Part shown: piece after piece, positions 37,721-46,508 of the stretch
Position numbering within the stretch: position 1 is the first letter of the stretch
Layout of the letters: each line of letters opens with the position of its first letter
Assembly (NCBI RefSeq): GCF_902168175.1
Contig: NZ_CABHOU010000103.1
Coordinates: forward strand, 545 to 64,544
Direction: 5' to 3'
DNA: 64,000 nucleotides
Source: an uncultured Chitinophaga sp.
Lineage (GTDB): Bacteria; Bacteroidota; Bacteroidia; Chitinophagales; Chitinophagaceae
Notes under the pieces: generated by a model
The model's database searches: none
What the model saw: only the letters and a program-made list of their open reading frames with translations
Told to the model about the DNA's origin: nothing
Position numbers and translations under genes: made by a program

Positions 37721-38281
37721 ATGAAATACGTTAGCCTGGTGTTGCTTATCGCCTTATCAGCCTGTTCTCCAAAAACTTATCGTACAGGCGATTATTCCTA
37801 TTACCGTAAACAATTTCGCCTGGCAGACAGTTCATTCTTACGTACCGATGGTGTGTATATTGCCGCCGCCGTGTGGACAGATGATAATCCCACCCTGCGT
37901 GCGCCGAAGGAAAAGAAGATACTGCAGTTTTTCCCTGGCGGGCAAACCAACCTGTTTCTCGATATGGGCGACAGCCTTAAAACCGAAGCGGACTTTATCG
38001 GTAAAATAGCAGCAAGGCATAAAGAACAGGGAGCAACGCTGTTTGAAGGGTATTACCGGATCGAAGGTGATCGTATAGCTATTCAACGCGTAAATAACCC
38101 TTTGCGGCAGTTTAACTATGCCTTCGGTCACATTGCACAAGACAGTATCGTGATCCTGAAAGGTGGTATTGAGGGCAGGCAACCGTTCGCAGATAAAAAC
38201 TATCCCGGTATCTATAAAGAATATTACATTTTTATGCCGCTGGATACGGCGGAATTACATAAGTACCCGGCTTACTGGTAA
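37721..38281 (+). CDS. Hypothetical lipoprotein
   Basis: ATG with A/C-rich leader, signal peptide with lipobox LSAC; 186 aa; no family recognised. Confidence 0.75.
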   Translation: MKYVSLVLLIALSACSPKTYRTGDYSYYRKQFRLADSSFLRTDGVYIAAAVWTDDNPTLRAPKEKKILQFFPGGQTNLFLDMGDSLKTEADFIGKIAARHKEQGATLFEGYYRIEGDRIAIQRVNNPLRQFNYAFGHIAQDSIVILKGGIEGRQPFADKNYPGIYKEYYIFMPLDTAELHKYPAYW

Positions 38282-38994
38282 CCGTTGGTGAGCAGTTTTA
38301 GCACATGTTTGTAGTTTTTACCCAGGGGTAACTCTTTCCCGTTTTTTAATTTGATGATGTTGCCCTGAATGTACTGCACGTACTTACGGTGCAGGATAAA
38401 CGATTTGTGGATACGGATAAAGGCATCTGCAGGCAGTTGTTCTTCAAAGCTGCTGAGCGTGCGTGGTGTAAGCAAAAAGGTGGCGCCTTCCCAAATCTTC
38501 ACATAATTACCCAGACTTTCCAGGTAGTGAACAGCTTCGAGATCGAGCAGGATGAGTTTTTTGTCTGATTTGATGTAGATCTGTGCAGGTGGTGCCGGTT
38601 CAGCGTGCGGCAATGTGCCGGGCGTTGGTTGCTGAAGTGTATGCTGCGTCAGTGCGCGGTTTACAGCTTTCAGGAAACGTTCGAAGCGGAAGGGTTTTAG
38701 CAGATAATCGCAAACATCGAGGTCGTAGCTTTCGAGGGCATGTTCTTCGTAGGCAGAAGTAATGATCACGATTGGCGGGTGTTTCAGTGTGCGAAGTAAT
38801 TCGAGGCCGCTTAGTTTAGGCATGCGGATGTCCAGGAAAATAAGATCGACGGAATGTTTGCTGAGGAAGTCGAGTGCTTCTGCCGCGCGGTAACATTGTC
38901 CGGCCAGTTTGAGAAAAGGCACGTCCTCCATATACCGCAGGATAATATCATGGGCCAGTGGTTCATCGTCAACGATAAGACAGCGCATACTCAT
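38272..38994 (-). CDS. LytTR-family response regulator
   Basis: CLIVDDEP, DLIFLDIRMP, TSAYEEHALESYDLDVCDYLLKPF, C-terminal FIRIHKSFI. Its start overlaps the kinase stop (ATGA). Confidence 0.95.
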   Translation of the reverse strand: MSMRCLIVDDEPLAHDIILRYMEDVPFLKLAGQCYRAAEALDFLSKHSVDLIFLDIRMPKLSGLELLRTLKHPPIVIITSAYEEHALESYDLDVCDYLLKPFRFERFLKAVNRALTQHTLQQPTPGTLPHAEPAPPAQIYIKSDKKLILLDLEAVHYLESLGNYVKIWEGATFLLTPRTLSSFEEQLPADAFIRIHKSFILHRKYVQYIQGNIIKLKNGKELPLGKNYKHVLKLLTNGYQ

Positions 38995-40415
38995 AATTCC
39001 AGTTGCAATTCGGCTTTAAATGTATGATTTTTAATGGTAGTGCGCAGCTCGTGGCGACCCGGATAAAGTAGTTCCAGGCGCTTCCGCAGGTTGCTGAGCC
39101 CTATGCCTGGCGTTTCATGCCCTTCTTCAAAAGAGTTTTCACAGCAGAAATACAACCGGCGTTCGCTGCATTGCAGGCTTATCCTGAGTAACGCCGCATC
39201 TTCCGCATTCTCAATCCCATGTTTAAATGCGTTTTCCACGAAAACGATCAGTAACATGGGTGGTATCAGTTGCTCTTCATCCTGGGTAAGTATATCAAAA
39301 GTAATATCTGCCGTGTTTTTTAACCGTATTTGTTGCAGTTGTATATAGTCCTGCACATACTTTATTTCTTCCCTGATGGCAACGGCTGGTAACTGACCTT
39401 TGTAGATGGTGTACCGCATCAGCTCCGACAGTTGCAGTATGCTTTCAGATGTTTGCGCCGACTGTTGCATGCTCAGGGCGTAAAGGTTGTTGAGCGTATT
39501 AAAGAAGAAATGAGGATTGATTTGCTGCTTCAGCAAATCCAGTTCGGTGCGGGCTTTTTCTTTTTCCAGTGATAAGATGCGGTTGTTTTGCCGTGCGTAC
39601 TGTAATGCCAGCACAATAGGAAGGCTTAGCAGGATAATGAATATCCCCGCTGCTGCATTTTCGAGTCGCAGGGGATTGCTGGGGAATATTTGCCCGAAAG
39701 TACGATTGAGTGGCAGCAGGATGACGAGCTGGGCCAGCAGAGGGGCGAGGAATGCCACCACTGCCATACCCGACAGCAGGTAGATCAGTATTCCTTTCTG
39801 CTTCAGGATAATAGGCACAAGGTACCTGCTGTTGATGAAGAAGAACGCATATCCGCACAGGTACATCAATATAAACTGCAGGCAGAAAACCAGGAAGGTG
39901 CCGAAGTTCCGAACCACTTTGATTATACTGAATTCAAACCCGATCAACAACTGGCCGCCGCTATTATAGGCCGGATCATCCATACTGGAAACTGCCATCG
40001 CCGAAAGTGCTACGGCAATAATCCCGATGGTGATCAATACAGCGTGTTCCAGTCCGGGTTGCCGCAGCCAGCCGCTGTTCCGGGCACGTTGCCTGTAAAA
40101 CACATCCAGCATGAACAGCAGTTCCAGTACGATGGCGGTGGCGCCCATGCCCACAATTAATTCCGGATCAGCGTTCAGCGCCAGGCAAATATAACTGGTG
40201 AGCGGGAGCGCTAACAGGAAAGTGAGCGGACGAAAGAGCCGCGGTTTGTGATGGCTGAACCAACTGAAGGCCAACACGGGCCACAGTTGCAGGCAGCCGA
40301 AAAGGAACGCCTGGAAATAAACATCCCAGCCACCTTCAGGCTGCGTGAAAAGCAAACAACCCCACAACAGCAAGCCTGCATATATCCAGAAATAGATGCG
40401 CGACATCTTAAACAT
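38991..40415 (-). CDS. LytS/YehU-family membrane histidine kinase
   Basis: Multiple TM helices, ELDLLKQQINPHFFFNTLNNLY, LSELMRY, VENAFKHG, GIGLSNLRKRLELLYPG. Start uncertain (40406, 40415 or 40418). Confidence 0.92.
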   Translation of the reverse strand: MFKMSRIYFWIYAGLLLWGCLLFTQPEGGWDVYFQAFLFGCLQLWPVLAFSWFSHHKPRLFRPLTFLLALPLTSYICLALNADPELIVGMGATAIVLELLFMLDVFYRQRARNSGWLRQPGLEHAVLITIGIIAVALSAMAVSSMDDPAYNSGGQLLIGFEFSIIKVVRNFGTFLVFCLQFILMYLCGYAFFFINSRYLVPIILKQKGILIYLLSGMAVVAFLAPLLAQLVILLPLNRTFGQIFPSNPLRLENAAAGIFIILLSLPIVLALQYARQNNRILSLEKEKARTELDLLKQQINPHFFFNTLNNLYALSMQQSAQTSESILQLSELMRYTIYKGQLPAVAIREEIKYVQDYIQLQQIRLKNTADITFDILTQDEEQLIPPMLLIVFVENAFKHGIENAEDAALLRISLQCSERRLYFCCENSFEEGHETPGIGLSNLRKRLELLYPGRHELRTTIKNHTFKAELQLEL

Positions 40416-40603
40416 CACTAAAAAAACACCGAATCTGTGTGTCTGACAAATTTTAATGACGAAAGCAGCTCTTTTCGTGATGTAGGTAAAAAATGACGGT
40501 TGAAGGTGATGGGCGGGCGTTCATCATTGGGTTGGTCACCTTCTTCATTTTAAGTTGATGCTTTTTTTCCTTGCCCGCAACTTTGCAGCAAATCAGTAAA
40601 CCT

Positions 40604-41491
40604 ATGTACCGCTTACAGGTAAAAGATCTTACAAAAAGTTATGGCAACATCACCGCGCTCCGCGGCATTAACCTCGAGCTGAGTAATGGTATGTTTGGAC
40701 TACTGGGACCCAATGGTGCCGGTAAATCAACGTTAATGCGTACCCTCGCCACTTTGCAGTTACCCGATAGCGGTACCATTCTTTTCGATGGTAAAGATGT
40801 GATGAGTGATCCACAGTCGCTACGACTGCAACTGGGTTACCTGCCGCAGGACTTTGGTGTTTACCCGCGTATATCTGCTATGGCTTTACTCGATCACCTG
40901 GCTGTGCTGAAAGGCCTGACCAGCAAAGCAGAACGGAAAGAGCAGGTGGCAGCCCTGTTGCAGCAAACTAATCTCTACCAGGTAAGAAAACAAGCCGTTA
41001 GTACTTTTTCAGGTGGCATGCGGCAGCGTTTCGGTATAGCGCAGGCACTGTTAGGTAACCCACAGCTAATTATTGTAGATGAACCCACGGCAGGTCTCGA
41101 TCCGCTGGAACGTAACCGCTTCCACGATCTGCTAAGCGAAATAGGCGAGCAGATCGTAGTTGTATTGTCTACGCACATCGTAGAAGATGTACACGATCTG
41201 TGTCCGGCCATGGCTATACTGGCACACGGCCGCATTGTGTTGCAGGGTAGCCCCGCTAACCTTACCCGGTCGCTGCAGGACAGGGTATGGCGCAGGGTGG
41301 TAGATAAATCTTCGGCGCAGCATTACCTGTCGTATCTGAATGTTATTTCAACAAGGCGTGTTGCGGGCAATGTTCAGCTGCATGTATTATCCGACCAGCA
41401 GCCGGGCGAGGACTTTGAGCGATGCCAGCCTGATTTGGAAGATGTTTACTTTTCGGCAATAGAAGGGCAAAAGGAGGGTAGCATATGTTGA
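40604..41491 (+). CDS. ABC transporter ATP-binding protein
   Basis: Walker A GPNGAGKS, signature FSGGM, Walker B IIVDEP, H-loop STH. The ATG at 40604 is preferred. Confidence 0.95.
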   Translation: MYRLQVKDLTKSYGNITALRGINLELSNGMFGLLGPNGAGKSTLMRTLATLQLPDSGTILFDGKDVMSDPQSLRLQLGYLPQDFGVYPRISAMALLDHLAVLKGLTSKAERKEQVAALLQQTNLYQVRKQAVSTFSGGMRQRFGIAQALLGNPQLIIVDEPTAGLDPLERNRFHDLLSEIGEQIVVVLSTHIVEDVHDLCPAMAILAHGRIVLQGSPANLTRSLQDRVWRRVVDKSSAQHYLSYLNVISTRRVAGNVQLHVLSDQQPGEDFERCQPDLEDVYFSAIEGQKEGSIC

Positions 41492-44400
41492 GTTTCGAAT
41501 TAAAGTATTACTGGTCGCAGCTAACATTTAAGCTGGCCGGACTACTGTTCTTCGTGTTAGGCTGCGTGTGTGTACATGGCGGCTTTGGCGGCCCGGATGT
41601 ACATTCCAACGGGCCTTATGTAATTTCGGTGGTACTCGGACTGTTATCGCTGTTCACGATTTTTGTGAGTATTGTTTTTTGTGCTGTCGTGGTGTTAAGA
41701 GACAGTACCTGGAAGATGGAGGAAGTACTGTACGCCACTGCCATCAGACGTTCAGCTTACTTTGTTACACGTTTTTCAGGGCTGCTACTGGCTGCTTTCG
41801 TGGTAATGGTGTTAGCGCTTGCGGGTATGATGCTCGGCAGTTCAATGATGGACAATAACGGCCCGTTTCGCGTTTGTTGGCACCTGCATCCGTTATTTGT
41901 ATTCGCGCTGCCGAATGTATTGTTTACGTGTGCTGTTATTTTTTGTACGGCGGTTCTTACGCGAAGCACAAAGGCTGTATATGCTGCCGGTGTATTATTG
42001 TTCATCCTCTATCTTACCTCTTCCATTCTCGGTAATTCGCCGATGATGGCAGGTTCGGCGCTTAAGACCGATCATGCGTCTTTGTTACCTTATCTCACCG
42101 ACCCTTTTGCCCTCTCTGTGCTTTTTGGTGAAACCAGGCAGTGGACGGATGTGCAGCGGAATTCGGAAGTTTTGCCCTTAAATGGCATCCTGTTATGGAA
42201 CCGTTTGTTATGGGGCGGGGTTTCTGCGTTACTGCTATTGGTTACCTACCGCATATTTCGTTTCCGCCTGGCGGAGAAGCTACGACAGAAGTTGCCGGGT
42301 ACGGTTATCCGCGATATAATTCCCTACCAGCGTTTTGCCGTGAAGCCGCGTTTCCTGTATTCGTTTACATCTCAACTGAAACTGGAGGTCAGGTCTGTTT
42401 TTTTACATATTCCTTTTGTGCTGCTGTTAGTGTTATGGGTATTCCTGTACGGCGTAGAGCTTTATGAAGGTGTGTTTCGCGGGCCTTACGGGATAACGTT
42501 TTACCCGTTAACCGGGATACTGGTGGAGGAATTACGGACGGTAAGGCCGGCCATGCTGTTGATCATTTTTTACACGGCCGAAGTGCTGGCCCGTGAAAGA
42601 GCATCGAACATGCAGGGCATAATTTACAGTACCCCGGTTTCGAATGGTGTGATGTGGAGTGCCAAAAGTTGTAGTCTTTTCTTACTGGTATTTACGCTGG
42701 TAACGCTGAATGTAATGATGGGCGTGGTATTGCAACTGGCTAACAATACTGCGCAGATGGATGTAGCGGCTTATCTGAGTCTCTACTATTATAGCGCTTT
42801 GCCTTTGTGCCTCTACGTACTTCTTGCCATATTCATTCAAAGTCTGATACCGAATAAATACCTCGCGATGTTATGTAACCTCATCATTGCCGGCATTATC
42901 ATTTTCAGTAAAAAAATAGGGATAGAGCATTACCTGCTACGATTTGCTACTGTGCCGGAAATGCAATATTCAGACTTTAACGGGTTTGGTCATTATGCGA
43001 AAGCATTTAACTGGTACATGCTTTACTGGACGCTATTATCGGTAGCACTTTCGCTGCTTGGCATCAGCATCTGGATAAAGGAAAGGAAAATTCCCATTAG
43101 TAAGTGGCTGTTCCCGTTGCTGGTGGCCTGGATGGTTACCGGGGCGTTTATCTTTTATAAATCGAATATAGAAGGGGATTATAAAAGCCGGAAAGCTGCT
43201 GAAGAATGGCAGTTGCAGTATGAGGGAAAATATAAATCATTAGAGAACCAGCCACAACCGACCATTAAGGCGGTTGCCACAAAGGTTGATTTATATCCAT
43301 CAGAGAATAGATACAGCGTGAGTGGTAGTTACAGGATAATGAACGAATCGGCTGTTGTCATTCATTCGCTATGGATCAGCATCGATCCGGAAGTGACGAC
43401 TGCGGTTATGGAGGGATGTACGATGCAACAGGAAGATGGAAAATTCCGTCAATATCGCTACAAGTTGCCGAAACCGCTACAGCCCGGCGAAGAAACAATA
43501 CTGAAGTTTAATATGCAGACAGTGCGTTCGGGCTTTACGCCGTTTAATAGCGAACACGCTGTAGTGAGCAACGGTACTTATATCGAACTGGAAAAATACC
43601 TGCCACATATCGGCTACAATAACCGGTACGAAAACGGCGATAAAGTTGCGCGACGTAAGTTTGGTTTGCCTGCACAAACAGAAAAAATCGATAGCCTGTA
43701 TCATTTCATCGATTACGAAACCGTAGTTAGTACGGAAGGAGATCAACAGGTGGTGACAGTGGGTGATCTGCAAGGCTCCTGGAAGAAAGATGGCAGACGT
43801 TATTATCACTATAAAACGGCATCGCCGGTACGCTTTATGCTGGCGCTCAGTTCGGCCAGGTATGCCGTAAAATCCGAGTGGTACAATGGGGTAGCACTTA
43901 CCATTTATCATCATCCCAATCAAACCAAAAATCTGGCAGGTATGATGATGGCAATGAAAGATGCGTTGGATTATGGGGACAGTCAGTATAGCCGGTATCC
44001 TTACAGGCATTACAGGCTGGTGGCCATTCCGCAATATCGTGGTGCTGCTACAGCTTATCCTGGCGTAGTATTCAGTGGTGAACGTATCAACTTTCTTGGT
44101 AATTACAGCGATAGTAGTACGGTAAACCAGGCGTACGCCATTACTGCTCATGAAACGGCACACCAATGGTTCGCATACCTGCTGGGGCCGGAGAACGGTG
44201 CAGGGGCAGCTTTCCTTACAGAGTCGCTGGCACAGTATACAGAGGCAATGGTATTGGAGAAGCGTTTTGGGAAAGATAAAGTTGGCAAACACCTGCTGAC
44301 TGATAATCAACTGTATTTCGGTATGCGTACAGCGGATGAGTTGCCGCTTGCCTACACTTACAACCAAGCATACGTGCATTATCAGAAGGGCACCGTGGTG

Positions 44401-44865
44401 ATGTACGCATTGAAGGAAGCTTTTGGGGAAGATACGCTGAACGGGGTATTGCGCCAGTTATTAGCACAGCATGCCTATCCTCATATAAAGGCCAACCCCG
44501 ATGCCCTGGTGCAAATGCTGACTGCAAAGGCGAATCCGTGGCAGCAGAAAGTAGTACACGAAGAGCTACAACGGGTCATCATTTATTCAGCGGGCGCCCG
44601 GCTCCTTTCCTGTAAACCTGTCGGCGGACAGCAGTTTAAAGCCACTATTGCGCTTAGTGTTCGAAAGAGAGATATACGAACAGGAAAAGAACTGGTGCCC
44701 GACGATAACCTGGAAATTGCCCTGTATGCCGGTGGCGAACGATGTTATTTAAAAAAGCACCAGGTCACATCAACCGAAACGGTGTTGGACCTGGTGCTTA
44801 GCAGAAGCGTGGATGCGGTGGAGATAGATCCTTACGGATACATCCTCAACGATAAACGTTTTTAA
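41485..44865 (+). CDS. ABC-2-type permease fused to a C-terminal M1-family zinc aminopeptidase domain
   Basis: About 12 TM segments in the N-terminal half. The C-terminal half has HETAH (44149-44163), downstream ESLAQY and YQKG. Confidence 0.88.
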   Translation: MLSFELKYYWSQLTFKLAGLLFFVLGCVCVHGGFGGPDVHSNGPYVISVVLGLLSLFTIFVSIVFCAVVVLRDSTWKMEEVLYATAIRRSAYFVTRFSGLLLAAFVVMVLALAGMMLGSSMMDNNGPFRVCWHLHPLFVFALPNVLFTCAVIFCTAVLTRSTKAVYAAGVLLFILYLTSSILGNSPMMAGSALKTDHASLLPYLTDPFALSVLFGETRQWTDVQRNSEVLPLNGILLWNRLLWGGVSALLLLVTYRIFRFRLAEKLRQKLPGTVIRDIIPYQRFAVKPRFLYSFTSQLKLEVRSVFLHIPFVLLLVLWVFLYGVELYEGVFRGPYGITFYPLTGILVEELRTVRPAMLLIIFYTAEVLARERASNMQGIIYSTPVSNGVMWSAKSCSLFLLVFTLVTLNVMMGVVLQLANNTAQMDVAAYLSLYYYSALPLCLYVLLAIFIQSLIPNKYLAMLCNLIIAGIIIFSKKIGIEHYLLRFATVPEMQYSDFNGFGHYAKAFNWYMLYWTLLSVALSLLGISIWIKERKIPISKWLFPLLVAWMVTGAFIFYKSNIEGDYKSRKAAEEWQLQYEGKYKSLENQPQPTIKAVATKVDLYPSENRYSVSGSYRIMNESAVVIHSLWISIDPEVTTAVMEGCTMQQEDGKFRQYRYKLPKPLQPGEETILKFNMQTVRSGFTPFNSEHAVVSNGTYIELEKYLPHIGYNNRYENGDKVARRKFGLPAQTEKIDSLYHFIDYETVVSTEGDQQVVTVGDLQGSWKKDGRRYYHYKTASPVRFMLALSSARYAVKSEWYNGVALTIYHHPNQTKNLAGMMMAMKDALDYGDSQYSRYPYRHYRLVAIPQYRGAATAYPGVVFSGERINFLGNYSDSSTVNQAYAITAHETAHQWFAYLLGPENGAGAAFLTESLAQYTEAMVLEKRFGKDKVGKHLLTDNQLYFGMRTADELPLAYTYNQAYVHYQKGTVVMYALKEAFGEDTLNGVLRQLLAQHAYPHIKANPDALVQMLTAKANPWQQKVVHEELQRVIIYSAGARLLSCKPVGGQQFKATIALSVRKRDIRTGKELVPDDNLEIALYAGGERCYLKKHQVTSTETVLDLVLSRSVDAVEIDPYGYILNDKRF

Positions 44866-46508
44866 AGTGAATTGAGAACTGTCCTGGCCTTTTGCAGCAT
44901 TTCTGCTGCGGTTTCTTTAGCCAGTGCGCCCAACTCAAATTGTTGAACGGTTTTATTCAGTTGTTCCAACTGTGAAGCATTGATAACACCGGCGCGCAGT
45001 ATCCTGATCTTCTCATAATCCTGCAAACCTTCGATCAGTTTCTCGAAGCGGATGGAGCTGCCTGCGTTCGGATAAACGAAATAAGTATCGCCCGCCGACC
45101 ATGTGCCGAAGCGTGAATCGGTCATTGGGTTGGCCGGCCAGCAGTTGTAAGCCCAGCGCAGATAGCCGTTGAAGCCTTTGTTGGCAGCAAACCAGCCCAT
45201 CCAGGTTGATTCTGCAGGAGGGGAGAAGGTGAACGTATTAGGACGGGCTTCTACACAACAGGTGTAAAAGGTAGTAGGCAGCGATGCTTTCAGCCGCTTT
45301 TCCATGATGTCTGCCTCAAATATTTCAGCGGCTGATATGCAATAGTCGTAAATATCTTCGCCTAATTCGCGATGATAGGTACCGGCCAGCGAGATCTTGA
45401 AATCCTTGTCGGCCGACTTCACCAGCGCTACTACCTTCAGCATATCCGCCAGCGGACGTTCGTCCATAGCGATGGCTGTTTTGTGGTACCAGTTCTTTTG
45501 TTTCAGGTGTTGGGCGAAATTTTGCAGCATAGGGCGCCAGTGTGCATTGTATTCGGGCGTACCGGTTTGAGCCACCAGTACTGTATCCCTGCCAGCGGCT
45601 TCATCGTAATAATAGAACCGGTTGTTCCAGGGCACCATCGAATAACAGTTGATCAACTTATCAATCCCTATCGACATCATGTAAGACACCCACTGATCAA
45701 ATATGGTATAGTCATAAGCCCAGCTGCCATCTTTCTTTTTAGTCCATTTGATCATCGACTGGTAAATGTCGTAGGTCTGACTACGCCACGGATCGTGGAT
45801 CATACTCACCGTGATCGTTTTTTGTCCGGCGTCGGCCAGCATTTTCATGTACGGCGTTGCTGCCTTGAAAAAGGCCGGCGTCATGGGTTTTACATTATGC
45901 ACCCTGGCAATGGAATACGGGTTTTGCCAGAGGTCGAGGTGAAACTGCCATTTGGAAGGTTCGGGCAAAACGTGATCCTTCACCTTAATGTTTAAGGTGA
46001 GAGGATACGCTTTCCCATCGATCACAATAATAATATCGCTTTTATAATCACCGGTTTCAGCATGACGTGGTATGCGAACGCTAACCCATACAGGTTGTAC
46101 AGTGTTTGCGGCGATTTTTTTTGTGTTGATACATTCAATACCATCTGCCACCCGGGAAGAGTCAAGCTGGTTGTTGGCCGGAATACCGCAACCGCTGCCA
46201 GCTTTGTTCAAACCATCGGTCCATACATAATGTACAAAGCCGGTTTTTGTTTCGAAGGCAAGGCTTTTACCATCGCTTTTGCGGAAGGTGCCCGTTTTTA
46301 CGGAGGCTTTGGCTACGGGAGAACTGGTATAGATTACCAGTTGTGTATTTACTTTTTCGCCCTTCCAGCCTTCAAGTGTGTGCGTGGTTTGCTGCTGCGG
46401 AAGGTTCGTGGCATTGTAACGTACATCGGTGTTTCCAAAACCGGCCAGTTTTACCTGGGCAAAGCTGCTGATAGACAGCAGGCATAATAGTAATGTGTTC
46501 TTCATCAA
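44862..46508 (-). CDS. GH123-like (DUF4091) beta-N-acetylgalactosaminidase candidate
   Basis: FHLDLWQNPY, YSMVPW, catalytic-type DE pair (AMDERP), YTCC..RPNTF, GYLRWAYN, AGDTYFVYP, SIRFEKLIEGLQDYEK. Confidence 0.75.
   Translation of the reverse strand: MMKNTLLLCLLSISSFAQVKLAGFGNTDVRYNATNLPQQQTTHTLEGWKGEKVNTQLVIYTSSPVAKASVKTGTFRKSDGKSLAFETKTGFVHYVWTDGLNKAGSGCGIPANNQLDSSRVADGIECINTKKIAANTVQPVWVSVRIPRHAETGDYKSDIIIVIDGKAYPLTLNIKVKDHVLPEPSKWQFHLDLWQNPYSIARVHNVKPMTPAFFKAATPYMKMLADAGQKTITVSMIHDPWRSQTYDIYQSMIKWTKKKDGSWAYDYTIFDQWVSYMMSIGIDKLINCYSMVPWNNRFYYYDEAAGRDTVLVAQTGTPEYNAHWRPMLQNFAQHLKQKNWYHKTAIAMDERPLADMLKVVALVKSADKDFKISLAGTYHRELGEDIYDYCISAAEIFEADIMEKRLKASLPTTFYTCCVEARPNTFTFSPPAESTWMGWFAANKGFNGYLRWAYNCWPANPMTDSRFGTWSAGDTYFVYPNAGSSIRFEKLIEGLQDYEKIRILRAGVINASQLEQLNKTVQQFELGALAKETAAEMLQKARTVLNSL

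Noticed and set aside
40441-40560. Possible LytTR direct-repeat operator (AATGACG at 40455 and 40492, GTGATG at 40477 and 40506)
   Set aside because: Spacings are irregular and do not give the clean ~21-22-bp period expected, so it was not called as a feature.
43477-44379. 300-aa minus-strand ORF
   Set aside because: Antisense shadow of the M1 peptidase domain.
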